DNA of 64,000 nucleotides from Paragordius varius (Eukaryota; Animalia; Nematomorpha). The position numbers and the translations under genes are program-made. Under the pieces are notes generated by a model, which saw only the letters and a program-made list of their open reading frames with translations, was not told the origin of the DNA and searched no databases. Position 1 is the first letter of the stretch, and each line of letters starts with the position of its first letter. Shown here piece by piece: positions 38,217 through 50,500 of the stretch. Location: NCBI GenBank assembly GCA_964247055.1, contig OZ176052.1, forward strand, positions 5,084,001 to 5,148,000, read 5' to 3'.

Positions 38217-40232
38217 CAGTGGTACTCACGAAAGAAATTTGACGGGCCAAATAATATATATATTTTTTTCGAGGGCCAGAATCTCATAATGGCAAACATT
38301 CCTTAGCTATTTGACACATATGCACACATTTATACTCTAAATCAGCACATTTAATTTTTTGCGGATATCAAAATCCAATGAAAACTCGTTTGGCACCATT
38401 AAGTTTAAAAAATTTAATATTTTGATAACAACATTTATTTTGATATCCAATAATTTTTGACAAATTTGGTTTCGCCTCATGACAGACCAATCTTAATACG
38501 TCGTCCATATGATTATCGGTTAAGCGATTTCTGTTATTCTTGAGATACCTTATTTTTAAATATGCTGACCACGGGTAACTTGAGAAAAAACAGTTAGGAT
38601 TACTTTAGCACATTTTTTTATATTTTCATATTTATTTGGCACATCTTGCCAAAACCATACATATTTTTCTTCTCTTCGATTCTCCTTATATATAGCCTCC
38701 GAATCGGAATCATTTTTAAAATCTACGAATTCTTCAATGATATGCGCCTGATCAAAACCGAAATGCTCAAGTTGTTTAATATTGGATATATCCATACCAT
38801 GAATTTTCCACGAGTTTTAAGCAATTTTTAATATTTCTTAATTCTTCAAATCTGAATTTCAATCATTAGATAAAAATGTAAATGATTATCTATTTTAAAT
38901 GTTGGAAAATATAGGGTTTATTTATAAATTTTATATATTATTAGTTTTTCTTCAAAAGCAAATATTTGATTAGCAAATTGGGTTATTATTTTGCTCCCTT
39001 GCTTGTGTTAAGACTAAGTCTATAAGTAAATCGCAAAGGTAGGCAAAAAAACCCACCATTGATCACTATTAATTTCCTCGTTAAACTTTCTGTTATCTTT
39101 TATAAATAATACAATTTCATGTCTTAAAACAAAAAATCTATTTAAGCTTAGCCATCTCACAGAGGTTTACAAAAGAATATCATCAAACTCACTGTGGATA
39201 TCTTTCAGAAGGTTTAAAATTTACGGCTATTAAATTCTCTTGGATGTGGTTAACTTTATCTACAACCGTTTTGATTATGAGTGATTCTTCTTTTACACGG
39301 GAAACCAAGTTTTGCTGTTAATATTTTTCAAATTATATTTGTTTTTCAAAAGAGGGATAAATCATCCGTTTCATAGAGGGACAGCCATCTGTGCAGATCG
39401 AAACCAATTTTTTTCATAGATATACCATATTATCGAAAAAAGTGCTACCACTTATTAGACATTCTTTTATTAATTGGGAATCAGTAAACGGTTTCATATT
39501 TTTTCCTAAAATATAACAAATTTCATACGAAGTTAATGTTACAGCTTTTCCTGGGAGAAAGCTATAAAAATAATAGATTTTCTTTCTGGTATATATATTT
39601 ATTTCGTTTTCCTCATGATTTTCCGGTAATTTATGAGAATGATGTATTGTAAAATATCTTTCAATATTGTATTTTTTTATAATTATATTGTTCTGCATAT
39701 AAGGCATTTTTCGGATAATTTACGTATTAGATGTCATCCTTTGAATTTATATTTAAATATTATGTAAATTTTTGCAAAAAATAAGAATATAATTTGAATG
39801 CTTTAAAAAATAGGTAAAAATTTAATGATGTTGATTTGAAAAATATTTTATGGGAGTTATAAAAAATGATGTAGGATCGCTATGAAAAGAATATGTATAT
39901 GCAAGTTTGGGTGAAAAGCTTGCTTAAATACAAAAAAGGAATTCAATTAAAATCTCAAAATAGAAAAAAATAGAATACAGAAACAGAGACAACGTGTGCC
40001 AAAATTTCGAAATCATTTTATGTAGGGTTTTTCTACCAATTAGGTAAAAAAAGAAATTACGAAATAGATCTAAAGAAAATAAATTAATATTAAAATAAGC
40101 GAAAATTCGTTTATGTGTATATAAAAAATTCATTAATAAAAAAATAATTTAAGTATCAATATGGTCATAGGGCAATTTTAAAGCACTCTTAGGGCCGCAT
40201 GCGGCCCGCGGGCCGCGGTTTGAGTATCACTG
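38217..40232 (-). mobile_element. hAT (Buster/Charlie-type) DNA transposon with decayed transposase
   Basis: TIRs CAGTGGTACTCA / TGAGTATCACTG (11 of 12 match). Perfect 8-bp TSD TTATATAC (38209-38216, 40233-40240). Subterminal GGGCCGCATGCGGCCCGCGGGCCGC. Minus-strand remnants YNIERYF, SYEICYILGKNMKPFTD..LIKEC, FWQDVPNKY.NIKKCA, RNRLTDNH. Confidence 0.93.
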
Positions 40233-40500
40233 TTATATACTGTAGGGAGAAAGCTCAGGCAGGAATGCATTATATCTATTCAAAAAACTTAAATCTTTTC
40301 AAAATTATGACGTAATTTCATTATTATATGCAGCTCAGAAAAAAATTCAAACGAATAATATATTGGACAAAGAATCAGATGATCATTTGTATGTGTAAGA
40401 AAAAATATTTTAAGAACCGATGGGGAAAAAAGCGCGGCTATTCCCAATAGTAATATCAATAAGAGATTTCAATTTTAATGACATTGTAGGCGTGTTTTTG

Positions 40501-40537
<37 letters not shown>

Positions 40538-41807
40538 CGAAGGTTACTGATTACTTTTGAATGAGGCTCTATTTAATTTTGTCCTGTTAGAGATGCGGAC
40601 TAAAAAAGATAATTACAAAAAATAAGAGAAATCTTTTAATGAATTTTATTATATAAATAAAGAATTAAAATCTAAAATTCATTATTCAATATGAAATAAT
40701 AATCCTTATCCCAATATTTACCTTTAAACTCAAAACTTGTTAAAAGGATTGAATTTTTAGCCAAGTGTTTTATATCATTCTGGAGAGCGCAACAAACTAA
40801 ATTTTAGTTAGGACATCATTTCGGGTGCACCTAGTCAGTCAGAGACTAAATATAAAATTTAGGGATGATGGCCAGTCCGAATCCATAAAGGGTGGCAAAC
40901 GCCACATATATATTGAGTGGTAAAAAGCAAATTTGGCCAGAGTTGTTTTTTATAAGATGGAATGCCGATTGTTTTACATACTTAAACATTTCTATATATT
41001 TTAAAAATCGAAAAAAATCTTTAAATGATTTTATACTAAAGCTTAGAATATGATGTATATGGTTAATAATAATTGTCTTTATAAAGATGTACAAATCCTC
41101 ATGTGCTTCGATAAACTGTATAAAAAATGAAAATATATATTGAGAATATTTATTAGGATTTTCACAACGATAGCAAATATTAAAAAACATAAAACCGATT
41201 TGTTTCGATTAAAATTATTTCAAATTGGTCCATTAGCTAACATTAAAAAAAATACCAATGTTTTTTCCGTGTTTTGATAATTGTTATTAAGCAAACTTGG
41301 GTTTTAATGAAAATCTTTGGAAAATAATACTCGGTGCATTAGTATCCAAATTATTTGAAATAAATTTACCTATGTGTGCCCCATTTTTAAAGATGTAGGC
41401 CTATTCGCGCTGCTTATATTGAATATCAAATAGTTTGTACAATATTTATTTTTAGTTACGAATAGCCGAAAAATTCTTTTCATTAATACTCACACTCAAA
41501 AAGTTTTAATAAGTAATTTATGACTTTTGATTTTATTTATATTTACAAAGTAAGAAACTATTAAACTAATTGGAATAGCTCTAGGATCAATTTTAAAAAT
41601 CATATTGGATTGACAATCAGTTGCAGATAATTATAGCGTTTTTTATGAGAAACTAAAAATAAAATTGTGTCAACATAATGTTTGATAAACTTGGTTACTA
41701 TAAAATTAATCAATTAGCAATTATTATTTAAAAATATAGGTTAGGTATAATTATATATCTACTAGCCTGCCACAAAATTGGGGAAATATACAAAAGTAAT
41801 CCGGTGA

Positions 41808-42840
41808 AATATATATATTCTGATAGTAATTGTATAAGGATTCACATGGGTGCTTTTGGTTTTGGGGCTTAAGAGTGATATAAGAAAGTTATTACCGCTG
41901 TGGTGTTTGCTTCTTAGAATCACAAATTAACGCACATTGTTTTCAATAAAAAATTTTTGATACAACTATTCGAGAATATCATTAAAAAATATACAGAAAT
42001 ATGTCAAAATCAAAAATTATAAGTATCATTTTTAGATGTGGGTTCTGTTTAGCTTTTTTAAAATGAATTATTTCCCTAAAAATAAACGCGAAAATGCCGA
42101 GATTCGATAAATAAAAATTGAAATACTATTGATTATGCCATTAAAAAATATTTTTGAAAATGTGAGGCGTAATTCATACTATTTTGATGGAAACTGTTAA
42201 AGCGCTTTAAGATGTTATACTTCTTTTTTATATAATTCAATGATTCTTAATAAATATTTTAATCAAGAATCTTGATTAAAATATTATTTTGTCTTATATT
42301 GTTTTTTACAAAATATACCCAATTTAAAAGCAAAACTTAATTAAATTTTTTAGTTTCAGCAAAAATTATATAAAAGTGTTTTCATATTTTAAAATTTTTT
42401 TACTGTTATCAACATGCTTCATACCATAAACCCCCTTCAACAAAATACTAAATCTAATGCAAAGATTGCATTTATTAAAAACAATTTTAGTTGATATAAA
42501 TATTTAATATTAGAATTTTTTGCGTAATCCCGGCATTTTTGCGTTTATTTTAAGAGAACCAGACTAATTTATAACGGCGAAAAAATTTGGAGCTTTCGTA
42601 GCCAATATCAAAATCTATTGTTAAAAAAGTATTGTTTTTCTTTTTATACGTAGTTTATAGATTTTAGTTTTTTGGAATTTATCTTTTACTAAAAAAATTA
42701 TTTAGCAAAACGTAGGAAAATTTTTCCTTCTGATATGGAGATGCCACAAAATTCTACATAAATTTCTTACATTACTCGTAAGGGCAAAAACCAAAAACAC
42801 CCTGATAATCCTTAGATATTTTCCTATCAGAATATTATAT
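41808..42840. mobile_element. Foldback-like element with long inverted arms (family D; partial copies at about 14300-14760, 17262-17330, 24860-25420)
   Basis: Arm ATATTCTGATAG...AAGGATT...GGGTG.TTTTGGTTTT at 41815-41890 is inverted at 42760-42840. Inner AAATAAACGCGAAAATGCCG at about 42080 is inverted at about 42530. The same motifs recur at 24900-25025, 14740 and 17270-17310. Confidence 0.65.
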
Positions 42841-43806
42841 TCCTTCGATTTATGTTTTTAGGACATATTGGGAGAGTTTCGTACAAAAAATTAATGCTAT
42901 GCTTTGTTTAAAATTTAGCTTAACATTGTTTTCTTGTAAAAATTAATTTAATTATATATTTTTAAACTATAATATACGTATTTTCCTGTTTTGATTAAAA
43001 CTAATAAAAATTAAGATATCAATATTTTATGATTTCACATTATTAATTTTTTTAATTTATGCGCCTATGAGGCTGAAAAATGCATGCCTTGATACTTCTT
43101 AAATTATTTATCTTCGAAACCCTGGTGTAAATAATTTCAAAGGTAACAAAGTGTTACTAATTTCATATGGAGGCATCAAAAAGGTTAGCTATATTAAAAT
43201 ATTTATAATTAACCGTTTTTTCTGCAGTTTTTAAAATTATTTTTCAATTTACACTGCGTCCAAAATTGGTGGGTAGTCTTACAAAGAGGTAGTATATTTA
43301 CAGGTTTGATCTCTGGTATATAAAATTCCAATATGTCAACGCGGACAAAAACGTAAAAAGGTCATGTTACATTTATAATATTCAACTTGGGACATCCTCT
43401 GTTTTCTAATAATTAAAGTTGGCTTGAGATTACGACTTAACCCTCTTGGATTGTTATATAAATATAATTAATGGGAAAACATTATAATCGTATTTATATA
43501 TATATTTAATTAAATGATGTTGTTAAACAATTCACAATTTTAAGATATTTATTAACTCAAAATCTTTGGTATACATACTTATGTCATGTATATTTTAAAT
43601 AAATGGGTGTGACTACTTGGTATCCTCAAGTGTTAAATATTTTAAATTAATAATGTTTTATAAATATACAGAACAGCCGTTTTAATGTTAGACCTCATTT
43701 TATACACTAAATATTTTAGCAGGTAACAACCCAAATCATTAAATTAAAATGTAATAGTCAAAAAATATGGAAAAATCAGTCTAATTGACCGTTATTTATA
43801 CATTCC

Positions 43807-44441
43807 ATTACCTTTTGAGGTAATTTTATATCCCAAAGCGATTTGAATTTGAATATCTTAAAAGTATTTAGGATATTTAGCCAAATTAACAATATGCGTT
43901 TTTTTACATTTAGGTGCAATATACAAAAAACATTTTCAAAAAATGTAAAATTGTAAAAAAATCCTCATCTCAAACTTTTTTGCCGCCATTTTATAAATTT
44001 TTTTAAATAGCTAATGCAACAGGCATATAAATTTATATTATGGTTAAAAAATTAAGTTAACTTTAAAAAACTTTAAGACCACATTGTACCAGCATAATAG
44101 GATGTATTTGATTTTAATATCGGATGTTCTTTTTGATTTTGGAGCTGTACCAATTTTAACTAGAATTTATAAAACTGTAATTTAAATTATGGTTAAAAAT
44201 TGAATAATTAACTTTAAAAAAGCTTTCAGGCCACATTGTACCAGCAAAAACTTGATGTATATGATTGTAATATCGGCTGTTCTTTCTGATTTCGGAGATG
44301 TACCAATTTTGAAATCTAGAATTCACAAAATTGTAGTAAATAAAGCTTTTTTATATGGGGACAATGTTTAATTTTAAATTCAAATAGTTTTTAAACTGTT
44401 TTTTTACAAAATTGACTTCTGTGATATAAAACTACCCAAAA
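43807..44441 (+). mobile_element. MITE family A, copy 3, ending about 100 nt upstream of the TAF1 ATG; internal tandem duplication
   Basis: Left end ATTACCTTTTGAGGTAAT, family core, duplicated block (about 44035-44160 vs 44185-44330, CCACATTGTACCAGCA...GATGTAT...AATATCGG), right end ACTACCCAAAA. Confidence 0.75.
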
Positions 44442-44542
44442 ACTAAATAAGTGAAAAGGTAAAGAAGTGTTGTCAGATTTAATTACCAGCCGCAAAAACA
44501 CCAAATGTTGCATTTTCCAAAGTTATTATTTATGGTTACCAT

Positions 44543-47500
44543 ATGGGTGAAAAATATTTTTCAAATTTTTTATTCGGAAACATTAATGAGGAAGGTGAAT
44601 TGGACGATAAGATTTTTGATGATGAGGTGCAAAATAGTTTGAATATGCTAAAATATGTTCCTGCTGTTCAAGAAATTGGCGAAAATGTATTTGAATCTAA
44701 TCTACGAAACGAAGACGATTCAGATATTGCCCCAAAAAATCCTGATGCATTAGATTATTCTGACATTCAATTGTCTCCAAATTTATTGGATGATGCAAAC
44801 GTATAGATTATTAAATTTTGTAGGTTGCCAATACTGAACAATTAAAAATGCCACTTAGGGAGCAGTTAGCGCCTCTGATTCCACCAGAGCTATCCAATAT
44901 AGATGTTAGAAATATTTTCCCACAATTTAAATATAATGAGGTTTTCTAAACGTTATTTTAAGATTTTGAGATTTAATAAATTATTTGGACCAGGAAAACA
45001 ATCTAGTTTACCGAAAATTTGGCGTAATTTTGGAAAACGCAAGAAAAAACTAATTCAACAATATAAACAAATGATTGATTCCGAGGCCAATCCGGTTAGT
45101 TTGAATCAGAATTTTGTGGAAGAGGCTGATAATATTGGGATTGAAATTTCAAATAATAGTGTGAATCACCGAGTTTTTGATGCAGAAATCGATGATGAAG
45201 TAATATATAATTATGAAAATTTAGATTCTATTTTTTCAGCCGCTAACACAGGAACAAATAAATGCTTATCACTATCCTACTTTGTATCCACCAAAAAATT
45301 TTAAAGCTCATTCCGTGACGTCCACACACTCCACTGATTCTTATTTGGTAATTTAAAGTTTTATTATCAAATTTATTTATACCATATTTCATTTAAAATT
45401 CATGTAACATGTTTTCTTTAACATTATTTTTCGCTTTAAAAACAACACTTACATAATTGTTAAAACAAGTTGTATAAAATAATGAAAAAGGTTATTTTAA
45501 CGCTTGGACACATACAACACATTTATTTCCCTTCGATTAAAAATAGCAGGCTTTTAAATTAAATACTTCAAAAAATATGGAAAAAATTAAAACCATGGTT
45601 TTCACATATATAAATTAATTAACTGATGTAAAAAATTTATTTGAAAATGTTTAATATTACCTATATAAGGTAAAAATTAAAAGTATATATTTAGTCAACA
45701 TGACATGTGTGCATTAGATAAATTCAAAAATAATACAAAATAAACCACTTTTTTATGTTATAGTGATGTTTGATGTGATTTAAATAAAAAATTTTAATTT
45801 TAGATTAAAAAATAAATAAAAACGATATTTTGCAACAATGTTGTAAAATAAAAATGGCGTCGAAGCAGTTTGATATGAAACTTTCTTTTTCAAAACTAAA
45901 TTTTATATAGATATTTCAGATTATTAATATAAATTTAATTAGGATAGACGCATAAGTTTAAATTGGGACTGTTTCTTTCGGTAGTTTTTTTAAAATCAAC
46001 TTAAATATAGTCCGGGGTATTGATACCCCAATTTTAATCGTGTTAAAAAACCGTTGAAATGAAACGATTAAAAAAAGCCATTGTTATATTGTAAATGACT
46101 AAAATCTAAAAGACAAGTTTTTTTTATAAAATCCAAACTTTTGCCTTAATTTTTTTTGAAATAACCTAAGGTTTTATTATTTTTACGTTTTGTATTTATA
46201 ATATCAATTATATTATACTTTATATTACAAAAGACATCAGCAGATACTACCGACGAGGATTGGGATGATGATTCTGATTATACATCCTCTGATAATTCTT
46301 CTGAATATCCACATCTCCCATTAAACGATAATGGTTTACTTTTTGATAGCTCAAATTCTAATCTAAATATGGACGATCCCACCATCTTTTATGAATGGGA
46401 ACGGGATGTTATCATTAACACAGTGGAGATTTTAGGCTTGGAATCATTTGGATCTGATGGGATGCCCTTGCCCGAAGCCTTATCGGCCCAAAATATAAAG
46501 GCAAAGTTAGGCATAACTGACGAGGAAGAAGATTATGTGGGATGGATACCAACGGCAACAATTCGGAATTATGAAGTATGGTTGGTTGGTTGGTTGGTTA
46601 TTCCTAAGTTGTAAACGACTTTTTGGATATAGTTTTCACTATTTCTTTCCATTTTCTTCTATCTTTTACCGCTAGATTGAGATCCTTTAATGTCATTTTA
46701 GTCTCCAGTTTTATCATATCCAACCACCTCATCGGTGGTCGGCCTCGTTTCCTTTGTCCTTCTACCTTCCCAAACATTGTATCTTTCTCTAGAGAATTCG
46801 ATCGCATGACATGACCAAAATATGTTAACTTTCTTTTCAGAATTATCTCCAGGATGTATGCACCCCTCATTCATAATAAGCTTTTTTTCAAATATCTACA
46901 GCACTATAAACAGTCAAATTATGTTGATTATCATACTTTTTTTCCATTATGAAATAAGGGATAAGTAATATTAAAAGTTTAATATACCTTGCCACATAAC
47001 TTGTAAGTTTGAATATGAAACCTGAGCCAGAAATATATATAACTATCAATTTCAATGAATTATTTCATCAAATCTCCGTTAATTAATAATAATTAAATTT
47101 TAATAAAAAAAATATATTTTAATTATCTTTAAAACAATCACGATGCGGATAATGACCGATATTATGAAGTGACTCTACTGAGTTTAACACTGTTAAAATA
47201 TATGTCAAAATGATATTTCTACAAAAGTTTTAGTTTATTTAAAATATTAGATTTTATACATAAATTTACAAAACTTTTGTTGTGAAATTTACAAAAATAC
47301 ATAATTATTATAATCACTGTCATACGCTTTTATACCTTCTGCTATTTTTTGGATGCGATATAATATAACGAAATTTATGGTTAATATTTATCTTCATTCT
47401 AGGCTGCTATGGCGCATCGACAATCATTAGCCATGGCAAACAACAATTTTGGCTCATTAACGAATACAACTAACAGTCTATTATCATTGGGATATAGTAA

Positions 47501-50500
47501 ATGATTTATTTAATTATTTATTGTTATATTAAACCCATAAAAAGTTGCAGTATAAGTAAAAGAACATTGCTAGTTAGATATTTTTAGATAACCTCAGCAA
47601 AAGAACAATATAGTTGGTGCGCATATAAAAGAATGTATTTTCGCCCTTTTTGCCACTTTCATCAATAATTTTGTTCTTTATTGTAAATGCGTTCCCAATT
47701 TTAAAGCTATATATATTTATTCAGACTGTATTTTATATAAAAAGATAGGCATATCTAACAAACAACTAAGAAACAAGACAATTATTTGTTAATATATTTA
47801 CATTTTTTCAGACAAAATGCAAACTATCAAGGCACAGTTTGATAAAATACGCGCACAAAATACTACATCTCCTTCTCAAAATGGTATATCTCGAATTTCC
47901 ATTTATTGATATACAACGTGGGAATGATAATTTATTTTTTAAATGTTTTATACCTAAAAATAGAAAAATCGGAAAAATCTTTTAAACCATTTTTACGGCC
48001 TATTAGTCCTAATTATATGGATATGGTTGATTGGGAAAAGGATATTATCATTAATGTTTCGGTAAATTTTAAATTTTAATAATTATTTTGTAAATATCTT
48101 ATTATATAATCAACAAAAAAACTGTGAAATTTATAACATTACGCTTAAATTTTATAATAAAATTTTTTATTTGATTTATTTAGGATTTAGATAATGATCC
48201 CACTTTAACTTACGAGTATTGGATGAATGAAGATGAAAATGTGGTGTATTTGGTAATAATTAGCAATTTTTTATTTTTAATTATATGTCCATGAGGTTAA
48301 TTTTTTAAATATTTCTTTAAGAATATTTTTAATGAGTTTGTCGGACCACATTTTCGCAAAAGATTCCGTGATATAGTTCCTTTTTTATTCATTTCAATGT
48401 TAAATAATTCATAACGCAATAATACTAACCTTACTTTCAACTCTAAAAAATAATTTATACCCTTCCTTCTTTGGTCGTGAAAATAAAATATATTCTTTGA
48501 TGTAATACTTAATCACATTTTTTTTATATTTCTAGGGAAGTTATCAATCACACCAAATTGACAAAATCTCGGATATGACTGAAATAGGGTTAGGAGCTAC
48601 TGGGAATGATACATATTATTACCAAATCTTTTATAAGGCAAGTTATGGGGGACCACCTCCCGTTCCTCAACTCTATGGTATTATGCAGGGGGGCGATTTA
48701 TCACCCCAAGGTGATCAAAATGGTGGAGCTATATCTGCTTTTATTTTATCTAACAATATCTTTAATTGGCTTTCCACCTCAGCTCTATTACAAAGTCAAC
48801 TTGGTTTAACATGTGTTTCCAGTCTAATCACGCTATCAAATAATACAAGGTATGTGGTTTTTAAAAAGGTAAAATATATTTTTCAAAAGGTGATAAGGAT
48901 GATTGTATTTACGACTCATGAGGTTACCATTACTTATTAAGGGCCGAAAAATATTTATCAGTTTTAATGTTCATTTGGATAAAGTTAAATTTGTATAATT
49001 GAGTTAAACAAATATTTTAACCTTTTATATTTCTAAGTTTTACGATTACATCCTATTTAAAGCATTTTAATATGCGTAAGAACTATATTTATGGGTCACA
49101 TCATCATAAAGGGTAGGACTCCGGATTCGGAGTTTTCATACCACGAAGCTATTTATAATTATAAAATTCTTACTTCGTGGTAACCTGAAGCGATTTTTTA
49201 CGTCACACATGCCCTTGTGGGCAACTAATGATTTTACAAATCATTAGAAATTGGCCTTTGCCGTTAGCTCATTTTCATATCCCAGCACACCGGGGCAGGT
49301 GGCGATAGGACATTGCTAAATTAATCATTGAGTTGTTCAAATAATTCTTATTATGAATAATCCGAAATATCCCCCATAATATAACATTTATTTTTATGGA
49401 TTTTACTCTTCATATAATTTCAAAAATAATCTTTATCATATAGCAATTTAACCCTAAAATTCATGTAATTTTCGTTTACACCTAATTTAATAATAAATGT
49501 AGCTCTTGCACCTTTTAATTTCAACCATTTCATTATAATGATTTACTTTTTATATATATTAATATTTTAACGTCACTAAAAATAATTACCAAACTGTAAT
49601 GTAAATATGCCAATAAAAAATAATTTCACTCAATCGTTTGTTATTATGGCCCTTAACATATATTTTAAGCTAAAATTATTATTAGAGTTAAATTTGATAT
49701 GTTGAAGGGTAGGTAGATTTGAAATTGTTAGAGATCAATTTAAATGCGAGGAGAATTTTTTAAGGGGCTATTTTTAATTGCTATAAGTAAATTTATGTGG
49801 TTAAGGGTAAATATATGTTTAAAGCAAATTTACAATAAAATCTTGAAATGTTTAACGAGGGTTCGAAATATTAAGGGTTTGCAAATGTTTAAGGGTGAAT
49901 TTTATATATGTTAATTGAATTGCAAATGTCATTGATTTTTTCAAACCAACCAAATTAACTAACAACAAATAAATAATACTATAGCACACCTAACTTTTTC
50001 ATACAAAATTATATTATTGTGAATTCTATGGGATAAAATGCATTAATGTTTTTCTTGCTGGTTAGTGGTTCCCTCGGGGGAGCTTTAATGCTTGGTGGTA
50101 GCAATAGTACTGTTTCTGGCTTGACCGGTGACTCTTCCATGTTAAATAACGAGAATGGAACAAGTGTTCACCAATCAGTTCTATCATTTTCTACCACACC
50201 GTTCGGATTAGATTTTAGTTTTGAAGCGCTGCAACATGCAACTCCAGCTTCAGAGCTATGGCCCGCATTTTATCCCACGTTTATGGGTCCGCTAAAACTC
50301 AAACATTTCCATCGACCTGTGTTAAAACGATACTCTCACGGGTTACTTGCCACACTTGCGCACATAAGTAACGCCAATGCCAAATATGTCGCTATTCAAG
50401 CTGTTCAAGATAGGGTTGAACAGTATGCTCTGGTAAAATATAATTTTTTTTTTAATATTGAGCAGTATCACATGGTAAAAAGTAGTTTTTTGCTAGAAAA

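Noticed and set aside
40808-41190. GC-enriched patch with a short plus-strand frame (RTSFRVHL...HIYIEW) and a 114-aa minus-strand ORF
   Set aside because: No recognisable family, no linkable exons and biased composition; left unassigned.
49205-49260. Hammerhead- or HDV-like ribozyme (CTAATGA...GAAA; GGGCAAC...)
   Set aside because: Core stems do not close and the catalytic C of an HDV fold is missing.
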